DNA of 63,427 bases, filler included, from Xylographa opegraphella (taxonomy: Eukaryota): NCBI GenBank assembly GCA_022813865.1. It is 3 parts of 3 records of this genome, joined end to end, with 100 filler letters (N's around TTAATTAATTAA, not from the genome) between each part and the next. Parts side by side here need not be neighbours in the genome. Positions count along the whole stretch, not along the records: positions 1 to 21,496 come from JALDZX010000135.1; 2 more parts are not named here. The stretch is one strand, 5' to 3'. This document shows positions 1-10,998 of this stretch, one piece after another. A program made the translations under genes and the position numbers. The notes beneath the pieces were generated by a model. It did no database searches. It worked only from the letters and a program-made list of their open reading frames with translations, and was not told the DNA's origin. Position 1 is the first letter of the stretch, and the number at the start of each line of letters is the position of its first letter.

Positions 1-218
1 AGTGAGATGTGTGTGGCACAATGCATTAGATACCAATCAGTGATTACATCTGTTGATACCTAACGAGCTTCGCTCCTTCATGAGACACCGAACTTAATCA
101 AAGCTGCAGAATTTATTATAATTGACGGCCAGATAGCTTCTCTATGCCGAGTTCATTATACAATCCAAATATCTTTCTGGTTATAATGACATTCGCTAAG
201 TCGGTTCTATATCCCCAG

Positions 219-600
219 AATTGAGTACCGGGTTTCAGAATTGACTTCAGCAGAGAGGGAAGTAATTCAACTTGTGGTCCAGCTAATAACTTTCCAAAGG
301 CGGAGGATTTTCTGGCACAATAAATCCAGGTCGATGTGCTGTTCCTGCACCCATTCTCGTTATAATTTAAGCGTAAAAGCTATCTCGGAAGCCACGGATG
401 GAAGCACTGCGGCGATCAAGAAATTTGCGCAAGAAGAACTCGAGAAGTTTCAGAATCAGCTGGTGCAGCAGTGTGAGGAGATCAAGGAAGAGCTTGAAGG
501 CTTTTCTTTGCCGGCGTTGGAGTATGAGAGCGAGAATATGAAGGCTTTCGAGGAAGGCGTCAAGCAATCCAGCGAAGAAATCTCGGGAAGTACTTTATGA
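219..600 (+). CDS. 3' end of a spliced gene of unknown function (5' part not resolved); acidic, coiled-coil-like C-terminus
   Basis: Branch/acceptor gctaag...ccccag before 219; likely in-frame intron ~330-371; ORF 241..600 ends ...EELEKFQNQLVQQCEEIKEELE...STL*. Confidence 0.4.
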
Positions 601-764
601 AGCTGAGCTGCGAGAAAGAGCTACGAATAACAGGCCCATCATCTATCACAGGTTTTCTTCTCCAAGACCGCCGCGGGTGTGGATACACATGTACCCCTCG
701 TACGTCTCGGCATGGCGGGCGTCTCGGCACGCAGGGATGGACGTTACTCTTTAGCTTTCACATC

Positions 765-1296
765 AGGCAGTGGATAGACGATCAACGAAGCTATGCGATG
801 CATAAGCTGGTGCACGCTTGGGGCTACGACAGACTCGCCGAGGACATGCAGGCTAAGATTAGTAATACAACGTTTGAGCTTGTTGTGGAAGCAATCAATG
901 GATGCAGGAATACACCAGAAGACAAGCTCCGGCTGGTACCGCATGTGATGGCAAACTTTACAAGGTATCAGGGGTGCATTATATCAGACTGCACAAGGTA
1001 TACTTGACGAACTAGCAAGGGTAGGAATATTTATGATGAATATTGGACGGTTGCAGGAAGGATGTGTAATTGAAACGTATGTGTTGAATGATAGGAGGCG
1101 CACTCTTGGCGAGGAGCATCCAGACACGATCTCGGCGATGAACAACCTCGCAAACACACTCGGAGACCAAGGCCAGCTCGATGAGGCAATAACGTTGTTA
1201 GAAGTAGCAGTACAGAAAATGAAGCGAATTCATGGCGAAGAACATCCCCATACAAAGATTGCTACATTCGCTACTTGTGTATACCTAAAGATCTGA
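765..1296 (+). pseudogene. Fragment of a fungal NLR (NB-ARC/NACHT-TPR, kinesin-light-chain-like TPRs)
   Basis: YAMHKLVHAWGYDRL and RLVPHVMANF (winged-helix region of fungal NLRs), then in another frame RRRTLGEEHPDTISAMNNLANTLGDQGQLDEAITLLEVAVQKMKRIHGEEHPHT (TPR); no P-loop and a frame break near 960-1030. Confidence 0.8.
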
Positions 1297-2480
1297 ACCT
1301 GGTCGTGACGATGTAGTCGGAGGTACTGAGACAACTGTGTCTGCAACATTTCGTGCCATACAAGGAAGTCTGAGACAGGTTCCCCAAATTGGTTATCAGG
1401 CACAAAATCTAGTAAGTTCTGAAAAGATATTGCTCTGAACATCAAAGTACTCTGGTTATTAATGTCAGATGCGATTCGCTTAATGTCCTTTTCTATTTCT
1501 GTTTTTCGCGGAGACTAATAATGAGGCGTCGATGCGTTCTATCGTATTTCTGAAGGTAGTATGCGATTAATCTTCTGATCGGGACTGAGTTTGGCAATAG
1601 TGTCCCACTCTTCTTTTCGACAACGGACAAGCAATGTAGTCAAGAGAGACATGGAGCTATTTTTCAGAATTCGGCGGAACTGATTGACGTTTTCCTTTGA
1701 GCCGATCCGATAGATATGCTGTAGAAGTACAGTGTCGTTACCTATTAGAATGGACTTTACGTCTTCATCTCTCCATCTTGGTGGACTCGGCTCTGATTGC
1801 TTTGAAAGGGACGAGCATGAAGGATTAACGACTACCAAAGAACATTGAGATTCATTGTCGATTCCTGTGCTGCAAATCGTACTCTGGCTTGTATCAGAGA
1901 AGATATAGGATACACTTATTCTGCTTCGATTTAGGGTGGATTTAGTTGTATTTGTATCATTTACTGCAATCCCACAACCTTCCCAAGGATTTTTCGGGCT
2001 CTGCCAGGTCTTGTCGGGTTGTATTGTAAATAAGCCTTTGGCGGCTAAAGGCAATACAACGATACCGTTAGAGATTGACCTGGTATGAGATATTCGAAAA
2101 TTCTAGAAAGTCCAGTTAGCTACGAAAATTATAAACCTAATGGCATACTTCGTTGGTGACTGGACTGTCCAGCCTCCATAAAAAAGGGTTTTTATTCTCT
2201 ATGTGATTAACTTGTGAGTAGCAGGAAATAGGACTGGCAAATTGATAGAGCCCTTTTTAAAGGTCGAACAAGGCAACGACGTATATGCAAAATTAAACGT
2301 CTCTAGGACGTGAAACGTAATAATAATACTAAAGAGTGTTGAATCTATTGTGGAACGTAGCATAGACACGAAAGTACTGATACGAAAGACTCAAGCCTAT
2401 GTTAGTAAAAGAATAAAGAGAGCAGTATGTTCAAAAGTCACGACAAATATTAAACGAATATGGATATACAAGGTTTTGAT
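1290..2480 (-). pseudogene. Intron-containing gene relic of unknown family
   Basis: ORF 1539..2054 joins an upstream exon through a gtatgc...gctaac...ttctag intron (~2103-2148); the upstream exon has in-frame TAA stops consistent with CAA>TAA RIP; outer boundaries approximate. Confidence 0.45.
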
Positions 2481-2615
2481 AGCACGACAAATTCTTTCTA
2501 TAACGATCTAGGATTAAATGTCGGTCGTTAAGGATTTGGTGGTTGTGGTAAACTTGGTTAGTGTATAAAGCCTTTTCCGCATGTTATTTGTGTACAAGCT
2601 TTGGCTTCGTGCAGG

Positions 2616-2801
2616 CTAGATTAGCGGCTTAAGCTGTCCCTTCGAGTGCTAACGAGGTTAATAGCCCTCTAGACTAGCGGCTTGAGCTGTCCCTTCGAAC
2701 AGGGGCTTGACTCCTGCAGTAAATCAGATGGTGGCTGGAATTCTTATCGCATTTCGGTTTGCTAACAAGGTCGATGCTAGACTGTCCCTTCGAGCTGTCC
2801 C
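2616..2801. repeat. Motif array 1: 2-3 copies of CTAGA(C/T)TAGCGGCTT(A/G)AGCTGTCCCTTCGA
   Basis: Copies at 2616-2645 and 2669-2698, internally deleted copy at 2777-2801. Confidence 0.85.
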
Positions 2802-5578
2802 GGCATGTTGTTGCATGTATCTCTGGTCGTTATTCACATTTGCGATTTCTCTCGTACTTCATGTTTCTGCTCGTCTCCCATCAGTGCCATACAGTAAACC
2901 ATTGATACTGTAGCACTGTTAATTGATGGTTCAGTCCTGCTGATATTTATATACCCAGTCCTGTCTCTTTGTGATTCATTTCCTCATCCACGGCTATTCA
3001 ATCCACTGTTGGCTACCATGTACAGAACTCTTAGTAAAAGGGTTCCGACGGATCAAGCTTTTCGTGCTAGGTTACTGGAGGGCTATATGTAAAACGACGT
3101 CTTTGGTAAAGTTTAAAGCAACCATAGAAAGCGAAAACAGCTAATTATATTTAGCAACGAGGATACTAGTCATGAGCACAGTAGGAAACAACCAGGCGCA
3201 ATAGCTGTACTTTACTACCTTCTTTTAATAATGTTGGTGTTGACATGATATTTTAGGCAGGACTTTTTTGTACCAAAGTCCACAATAATAAAGAGAGGTT
3301 ATCCGGTAAATTCAGCTATGGCCGATAAACAAGCTATATGCTAAGGCTAATTCATGAGTCCATACCAAATAATTAGTCTGCAAAAGAAATACGTTCTGTG
3401 CGTTCGAAACAGGTGGTTATAGCCTCTGATACGGTTGACTGACTTGGTGTATCCTATGCCTGTTATAAGCAATTATTTTCTGAAGTGCAAGACAATCTGC
3501 ATACCAGAAGTATAATCATTGGAGATACTAGGCACAACGTTCATCATTCTCCACAATCTCTGCAATGGTAGTCGGTAAGTGAGCTGTAACCCAAACATTT
3601 TAATGTAAGAACAGAATGTGCGGCTTCATGTTTCGCTTGCTCAACTGGACCGAGACTATACTAATAGGATGGGCTTACTAAATCTGTTTCGATTCGTGAT
3701 GGTCAAGCGATTGCTTCTAATAATAAGGTTGGTTCGGAAAAGGTGGCTGTGCTAAGCGGTAATTTAGGCAGCAGCTCACACCCACGTAAGGGTTATATCA
3801 CCCTGATCACCCAGACTCGCGCGACGCTCATCCGCGTCGCGCGACCTAGAGCGGCGCTCACCCGACACCCGATCGGGGGTGAGGTCGGGGTAGTTTTGTG
3901 TCTTCTTGCCCATCTTGGCGCGGCAAATTCGCTCGGTCAGCCTTGGGCGGGCCGGAAAAACTACGTCCAAGTAGAGCCCCCTATGTTGCGCAGCTCGATG
4001 GCCCTCTGTGCCTATAGTCTGAATGCGAAGCGCTGCAACCATGCTGGGAAGGTGTGACACGACCCAAGTGGCAACGATTGTGAGGTATTGCACAGCTGGG
4101 ACTTGGAGGGAGTCCTGTTGGAGGTAAGTACCATTGAGTAACTTATGTGAGTGTAGATGGTAGATTGCTGTGACAAATGATTATTTAGTCAGCCACGACT
4201 CATCGAAGTAACTGAACTACGTTTTTCACCCAAACAGCACTATACGTATTCTAGATTCAATAGATACCCCGACCTTAAATCTAGTTCAAAATCATTTAAG
4301 CGTGTATCTGACTCGTGCCGCAGCTGGTACTGCAGCTTTTGAAATTCCCGATCACGAAGGAAGCTTCAAGGGCTCCTGCCCTGAGGGCCGAATGAACTCC
4401 CTCCCGGCGTACTCGATCCTCCTCAATACCGAACGTGCCCTCCTCCATGATCAAAATCAAATGTTCATCAGCATGAATAACGAAACCAAGTTCCGCCGAT
4501 CCACTGGGTTGGTTGTAGAGAAGGCGAAAATGACGAGCATTGAGGACAATTGCGGTGGCACGAGCAGCGCGTGCTGCGAACGGCAGAGGCAAATGCTGAA
4601 TGGAAGCGTAATGAGCCAGAGCCAGAGCCAAATTGCCCAGTGCCAGCAGTGGCGCAGCGTGGTTGTAGCGGCCAGAGACATGGGAGACACGTCGTCCGTG
4701 GCGCGAATGATATTACCGCAAAATAAATTTTACATGAGGTATCTATCTACCTTACACCCGCTTTAGATTCAACGTACGTGCCCTTTTTGCAGTCGATCCC
4801 TTGCCTATCATAAGGGTACTACGCTATTTCTTGCGCCGTCGTCGTAGACATCGAAGCTCGTTCTTATGGTCATATCCACGATAGCGCAGTAGTTCTGCTT
4901 AGGCGTGCTGGACTGAGCTGCGCGGCTTGAAGGACTACGCTGCACTTCTACATGGCCACACATGAAGACTTGGTATGCAAGTAGAATAGACAGTGGTCCT
5001 CCGAACTTAATTGAGATATCAGGGTAGTTGCACCACTATTTCATTACTATTACCGTACAAGCTCAAAGCAGATTTGCCAATTACGCCCCAACCAAATCCT
5101 TGTTGCCTGTCCACCTGAACTTCCATGATAACCACCAGCATGTCCAAAATCCACTCTTTCAAAATGAAAATCACCGCTTGCACCTAACTCCTGATACCTG
5201 TCACTCCGAGCCATACCACCGACTATTGTGACAAGCGCTCATAAATCCGCTCCGTATCTATCTTCGCTAGCATTACATGTGACGTTTGCGCGTTCTCTGA
5301 GCTCAAAGAAGAAGATACTGGTTGCTTGGGCGGGTGCCGCCAGATGTGTACCATCCCAACATTAATAAGGGCCACTGCGACAAACTCGTGACCAACACCA
5401 GCCTCGGATCCAGCCTTAGCGGCGTCAGAGAGGGAAGTGGTGGATACGAAATCAACTCGTGACGAAGTGAAGGCCGGATTGGAGGACGAGCAGGTAGATG
5501 CCATGGAGGTCTGCAGCGTTGTGAAGCTAGTGGAAACGGAGTTGGCACCAGTTGAAGAGCAGTGCTGCAAATACCCTT

Positions 5579-7255
5579 TCACCAACTTCCAGAACCACCC
5601 CATCTTGCTCTATTCGCCCGATCGTACTCGTGCTGGTTGTAGCCATCCCATTCTTGCCTCATCCTTGCCGCTGACCTCACTGCACCCATAGGTGCAGCCT
5701 TCTTTCTACCGGTGAACGGACAGTCTCCGTAGAGATTCATCGTGCCTTCGATTTCACCATTGCCTAGGAAGGAAATGTATCCTACATTCGTGCTGCCAAA
5801 GCTAATAGGGCCTTCATCCACGCCACCCCGCCACCTGAATGGGAGAGGCTCCTCAGAGGCGAATTGAGGGCGTTGGTCGATAAGAAAGATACCACTGAAA
5901 GGACCAAATCTATAGGCGCCCCAAACGCGGGGAGTGTCGAGGCGAAGGGTCAAGGTGGGATGTCCGTATGCGTTCCATTCGTCGCTGATTTTGCGACAAA
6001 AGATAGCATAAATGCCGTTGATGAGACCTAAGGAGGAATCGGTCGGTCTCGAAGCCTCGTTCGTGACTGAAGACTCTCCTTGGGCTTCTTCAAACTCCCA
6101 CCCAGTTTCCAGCTCGGATTCATCTCCAGAAGATGCAACCCAATCTTCTGGCATATTCTTGGTAGAGAATGTTTGTTTCCTAGCAGTTTGTTTCGAGCGG
6201 GGCTTTGTCTCTTCCTTTACTGTGAACTCTTGCTTCACTACAGGTTCCTTTTTAACTGCGGCTCCCTTTTTCGTTGCAGACTCTTTTTTAATAGCCAGTT
6301 CTTTTTTGACAGTCGTCTCCTTCTTGACAGGGGGTTCCTTCTTGACAGCAGGTTCCTTCTTAACAGGGGGTTCCTTCTTGACAGCAGGTTCCTTCTTGAC
6401 AGCAGGTTCCTTCTTGACAGCAGGTTCCTTCTTGACAGCGGGTTCTTTTTTCACCGCAAACTCTTTCTTTACACCAAGCTCCTTCTTTACTACTCCGGCT
6501 TTCTCTGGTGTAGATTCATTCTTCGAAATTGCTTGCACCTTTGCACTGGTATCCTTTCTCCCCGAACCCTTTCCAGGTGGAGAAGACTTAGCGGGGGCTT
6601 GTGCGTTTGCTGCATCGGGGGTGTAATGTACGGAAGTCAATACAGGAGCAGTCGTCGTCTTTTTGGGTACCTTCTTCTTCAGAGGAATGTCGTTATCCTC
6701 GACCGCGCTTGCTGCGGAATTATGCCCCATTCCTTCTTGCACAACAGAAGCTTTTCCAGCAGCTTTTGCTGACATCTTCCTCGCTTTCTTTGCTGGTGGT
6801 CCTTCTTCAATCACGTTATTTACTGCCATCTCGCTCTCATTTCTTTTCTTTCCCCCTTCCATTTCTTTCTGGAGACCAGCTTTAAAGCTCGCTTTCGCCT
6901 TCCTCTCCAGTGCCGCCCATTCCTTCTTCAGCCCTTCCTCCAATGCAACAATTCTTGGCGGCACCACCAGCGTGCCATTATTCAACGCATCCAATAGCCT
7001 TGTTTTCGCAACAGCTTTGGTCTTCGATACCGGTAGTCCATAGTGCACCAACTGTGCCTCGTACCAGTGTCCAACAGGGTCCTTGGCAGGAGCCTGGAGT
7101 GTAGCTTTTGAACTTGAAGCTTTGATCGCTGGGCGAAGGATTGCAGTGATCTCGGGGACCGATGCACGCTTGTGGCGGTTGTGATCACTGACTTCGGCGT
7201 AGATGTCACCGTTGTAGTAGAAGTTGTCTCTGGAGATAGGAGCAGCGAAGGCCAT
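5579..7255 (-). CDS. Hypothetical fungal protein (~558 aa) with conserved-looking N- and C-terminal domains and a central (xxVKKE)16 repeat
   Basis: Intact ORF; likely ATG at 7255 (MAFAAP, gccATGg context); N-terminal HWYEAQLVHYGL motif; aromatic/Gly-rich C-terminal domain. Confidence 0.85.
   Translation of the reverse strand: MAFAAPISRDNFYYNGDIYAEVSDHNRHKRASVPEITAILRPAIKASSSKATLQAPAKDPVGHWYEAQLVHYGLPVSKTKAVAKTRLLDALNNGTLVVPPRIVALEEGLKKEWAALERKAKASFKAGLQKEMEGGKKRNESEMAVNNVIEEGPPAKKARKMSAKAAGKASVVQEGMGHNSAASAVEDNDIPLKKKVPKKTTTAPVLTSVHYTPDAANAQAPAKSSPPGKGSGRKDTSAKVQAISKNESTPEKAGVVKKELGVKKEFAVKKEPAVKKEPAVKKEPAVKKEPAVKKEPPVKKEPAVKKEPPVKKETTVKKELAIKKESATKKGAAVKKEPVVKQEFTVKEETKPRSKQTARKQTFSTKNMPEDWVASSGDESELETGWEFEEAQGESSVTNEASRPTDSSLGLINGIYAIFCRKISDEWNAYGHPTLTLRLDTPRVWGAYRFGPFSGIFLIDQRPQFASEEPLPFRWRGGVDEGPISFGSTNVGYISFLGNGEIEGTMNLYGDCPFTGRKKAAPMGAVRSAARMRQEWDGYNQHEYDRANRARWGGSGSW
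6209..6496 (-). repeat. Coding 18-bp tandem repeat, 16 units, encoding PAVKKE-like hexapeptides
   Basis: + strand unit ttcttgacagcaggttcc; 288 bp = 16 x 18. Confidence 0.95.
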
Positions 7256-7688
7256 GGCCGCTGATCCCGAGAATGGAGCGAAAAAATTGGCTGAGAGACG
7301 AGCGAAGACAGCACTGCCTCGAAGGTACAATGCCGGCGAAGGTGTGTTCACTGCGGTGGGCCTTTGGAATTGACACCTCAACTATGTAGGTACCTGATCA
7401 CTTCACACGCGTGGGGTCGACATAAGTGGGACACCCTAACCATATTAAGGATTAAAGTAGTGCTTAACATGGTTAGAGCCGCGCGCTCATGTCGACTTCC
7501 ACGACCCATGCTAAGGCACGGACCACTATACAAGCGTCACATGTACGGGCGATACCGCTGGATGCCAAGCGGCTCACGCCTAGCTGCATGAATCGTAGTC
7601 TCGCGCTTATTACCGAAGCGGCTGCAGTCTATGCTAACCCTGTACGACCAAATGACCTCTCGATATTACATGTATACTCTCCCTTGGC

Positions 7689-7734
7689 TACCGGGGCGGA
7701 CATAGTTACCGGAGCGGACATAGTTACCGGAGCG
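7689..7734. repeat. 18-bp tandem repeat, ~2.5 copies (TACCGG(G/A)GCGGACATAGT)
   Basis: Read directly from the sequence. Confidence 0.9.
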
Positions 7735-8269
7735 ACAAACAAGGGATCACTCCACGCCGAGGCTACCTACTCATTCTGACCGTATGACCACATACTCCAT
7801 CCAATCAGTGTCATACTCACACCTCGGTACGCTACCGACATCCCAGGCCAAATATGGCTTCCCATCCCACACATCGGCCGCAAAAGCGAGGCTCTCAAAC
7901 CCCAACGCATAAGCCATGTCGCCCCCCAGCCGGGAGCTCATAGCGTCCAAGAAAGGGCCAATTCCTACGGAAGATCATGGTCAATTTCGGATGCAACAGG
8001 CGGAGCGGAATCGCTTCCCAAACTCCAGGGATCTTGGCTTGCACGAGCAGAAGGAATAAACGACGATGATGAATGCTTCGCTATGGGAATCCCTGCGCCC
8101 GCTATCTATCGGTAAAGACTGTGAAATCTGTATAGTACACGCTGTGATCCAAAACCCCATATGCCAAATCAAGTCGAAAGGGCCCGAGTACAAAAGACCG
8201 AGTACAATTCACCTCCACAAATTCCAATCTAACCCTTCAGCATACAACTCATCTCACACCTGGCACTCC

Positions 8270-8670
8270 CTACTTCATCTTACACTGGCAATCCTTGCCT
8301 TTATTCTTTGGGTTTTTGCAAGGATTCGGCGGCGACGGCATGCACATACCATGGGGAAGGCGGCACGCACCCGAAGACATGCATTCGCCGTACTCCCATC
8401 CTCGCTGTGAGGCCCACTTGTCAGCGACTGTGTCTGGTCAGAGATAGATTACTGTCTTACTCTTCGGAGTGGCGCGACAACGTGCTCATTCAGGGCCAGG
8501 TCGCGAGCGTGCTGCATAGCGAACGCCTCTCTGGCATAGATGCTGAAGTCCTCCGGCTCCGGCTCGGCGTCGCGGGCCTGGAGGCTATAGTCGGAGTCTT
8601 CCAACTGGACTGCGGACACGATAGTGGTGGCGGAGAGGAGGGCAAGGACGATGCTGGCGGAAAACCGCAT
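8270..8670 (-). CDS. Secreted prepro-peptide (114 aa) yielding a 43-aa, 6-Cys cationic peptide; antifungal-protein/defensin-like candidate
   Basis: Exon 1 8670-8461: signal MRFSASIVLALLSATTIVSA plus acidic pro-region. Intron 8460-8405: GTAAGA...GCTGAC...CACAG. Exon 2 8404-8270: RGWEYGECMSSGACRLPHGMCMPSPPNPCKNPKNKGKDCQCKMK*. Confidence 0.85.
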
Positions 8671-9750
8671 ATTTGCTTGGGGTGAGAGAAATGGGCAAGA
8701 AAGCTGATGAAGCAGAGAGAGAGATGGGACCGTGGTCAAAGATGTTGATGCTGGAACGTTTTTGCTAGGCTTATATGATAATTGGTAAGTGTAGAATGTA
8801 AACTTCAGTGCGGGCCCAATGGGCATTATATATGGAAAGGAAGCCATGTAAATGTTCCGTTGAGTACTGGACGGCGAGATTTTACTCCCGCCGAAAGTAA
8901 GCATAGAACTACTTCACGTTGATACTTTCGACGTGTCCTGCTCGAAATTGAAGGCTTCATGATGGAAGTACAGCCGAAAGTGAAAGAATGGTAAGGTAAG
9001 GTAAGGTAAGGTATGTAGGTAACCTCCAGGTAGGTAAGCTTCGACGCCATGCTAGTCAATGTTAATACGCGAAGCCTCCCAGAATCTGGGGTTCTGCATG
9101 GCCTCGAATCCTCAGACTCTTCCCTAGAGAATCTGATACAGACACTATTTCGCCGGCCGACCCAATCGGAGGTCTACTTCCGCTTGTTAGTCGGTGTCAG
9201 CCCTAGAACAGCTGCCCCGGTTGTCAAGAATTAGATGTGCAGACTGAGGAAAATCCACCCTAACCTCCGGGCTGCTTCGTTGGAATGGTGCGAGGGACCC
9301 AGCCGTGAAGCCAAGCTCAGCACTCGCAATAACTTGTCGATCGGGAGTGGCCTGACATTGAACTTGGGAAAAGTGCGGTAAGGCATTTCTCAGAATGTAG
9401 TTAGTAAGGTTAATGTCCTTCTCGGCTTCGATATGATCCCCACGCTTACCTGAGGATCTGCAGATAGTGAATCACTCACAGCCCCGGTGGCATAGCCACC
9501 GGTTTGAATCTGTAGCCTGTGGACCAGTTCGAAGACCTTACTCAAGCTCGGCGTAAGAAGTGCCAGTTTCGGTGTGTCTTTCCGCCGGCTTAGATCACGA
9601 TCGACGGGTCCTTCGGTCATCAAGTTGCAGGACTTTGCCGCTTTGATTACTGCAAGGTAAGGTACCTAGGTCTGCGACTCAGTTGGCTTTCACGGTCACT
9701 CTACCAACGCCTGAAGAAAGGCATACAGGTGTTACCTGATCAATCTTTGC

Positions 9751-10962
9751 ATGGAGAACATGCAATCCGCGATTCGTCTCGCGCAAGGAGAGTTCATAGC
9801 CTCAGCATCCAACGAAATGTCAGAGATGTCGGCTTTTCTTACGCTTCCGAACGAGGTCTTACAGCAGGTGGCGTTCGGACTCGTTGAGTCCGATGACAAA
9901 CTCCGCTACATCAAGAATATCCACCGCGATCTTGTTGGCCTTGGGTGTACATGTCGACGCCTGAGCGCCATCGTCACACCCGCGCTCTATCGGACTGTCA
10001 AGTTCATCTCGAACGACAACTACAAATACGATGCCCCAAGACGGATCGGGCTACTATGGCGCACACTTGACGCCAACCGAATCCTCGGCGAGTATGTTCG
10101 TACTTTGTTTCTCACGCAGACCATCGACTGGGACTGGAGCCCGCTACTATCCTTGCTCCCAAATCTCCAACGTCTCACAATACCTAGTGGTGCCGCCACG
10201 GGACTACGAAGTATAAAATTACCACTGTTAAGCTACTTGTCTTACGACGGCGCATACAATGAGCCATTACCCGATTTTCCTTGGGAGGTCTTGTTTCAAC
10301 CTAGTATCCGTCACTTGCGCTATTGCTCTCATTACAGCGGTACAGAAGGAGTCAAGCCACCACCTTTGCCACTAGACTGTGTCAGCCGGTCGAGCCCACT
10401 TACCCATATCGAGTTTACTATTACCTATTCCACTAGCGCTCGACTGGTTTACGAGCTACTTAGTTGGTCCACGGAATTACTTTCATTCAGCCTCGGAATA
10501 GACTTTGATGTGGTAAATATTGCAGGACTAGTGAAAGCTCTAGCACCACATCGTACGTCACTCAAACATTTTCGATTTTCCCAACTTCCGGGAAGCGCAG
10601 CTCCGTCATTGGAAATCTTAGACCTCAAACTATTTGAGCGACTAGAGAATTTGGAGCTTGAGTGGAATATGGTCTATCAGTCTCCGCCAGCCGCAATCCC
10701 ACAGAATTTACCGTCTTGCTTGGTCGAAATTGCTCTTACAAACTATGTCGACCACGGTCGGTCTTGGCTGAACGCAGCACCTCTGGAATGGCTGATTCGG
10801 CTAGCGAAAGTCCTGAAAACAGCAATCTCCTCTTTGCAGACGTTGAAGCTGAGAAAGCACAGCGAGCAATACCGGCAGAATCGGAAAGATTTTGTGGCGT
10901 TAAAACGAGTGGTAGATGCGTGGAACAAAGTGGGCGTTAAGGTGGTATGGGATGAGACTTGA
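9751..10962 (+). CDS. F-box protein with an LRR-like C-terminus
   Basis: FLTLPNEVLQQVAFGL...DLVGLGCTCRRLSAIVTPALYRTV F-box; LPNLQRLTI, LKHFRF and LENLEL LRR-like motifs; true start may be a downstream Met. Confidence 0.85.
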   Translation: MENMQSAIRLAQGEFIASASNEMSEMSAFLTLPNEVLQQVAFGLVESDDKLRYIKNIHRDLVGLGCTCRRLSAIVTPALYRTVKFISNDNYKYDAPRRIGLLWRTLDANRILGEYVRTLFLTQTIDWDWSPLLSLLPNLQRLTIPSGAATGLRSIKLPLLSYLSYDGAYNEPLPDFPWEVLFQPSIRHLRYCSHYSGTEGVKPPPLPLDCVSRSSPLTHIEFTITYSTSARLVYELLSWSTELLSFSLGIDFDVVNIAGLVKALAPHRTSLKHFRFSQLPGSAAPSLEILDLKLFERLENLELEWNMVYQSPPAAIPQNLPSCLVEIALTNYVDHGRSWLNAAPLEWLIRLAKVLKTAISSLQTLKLRKHSEQYRQNRKDFVALKRVVDAWNKVGVKVVWDET

Positions 10963-10998
10963 GTAAGGTCGCAGAAATATGCCTCGAATTAGACCATA

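Noticed and set aside
3000..5600. Short ORFs and splice-like signals
   Set aside because: No consistent gene model or recognisable domain could be built
6012..7104. Plus-strand ORFs with (TAGSFL)n and (LDSRFL)n repeats
   Set aside because: Antisense shadows of the real 18-bp coding repeat
8991..9035. (GGTAA)n run, and AT-only repeats at ~21597, ~31500, ~42670 and ~61330
   Set aside because: Ordinary microsatellite or low-complexity DNA; not telomeric TTAGGG
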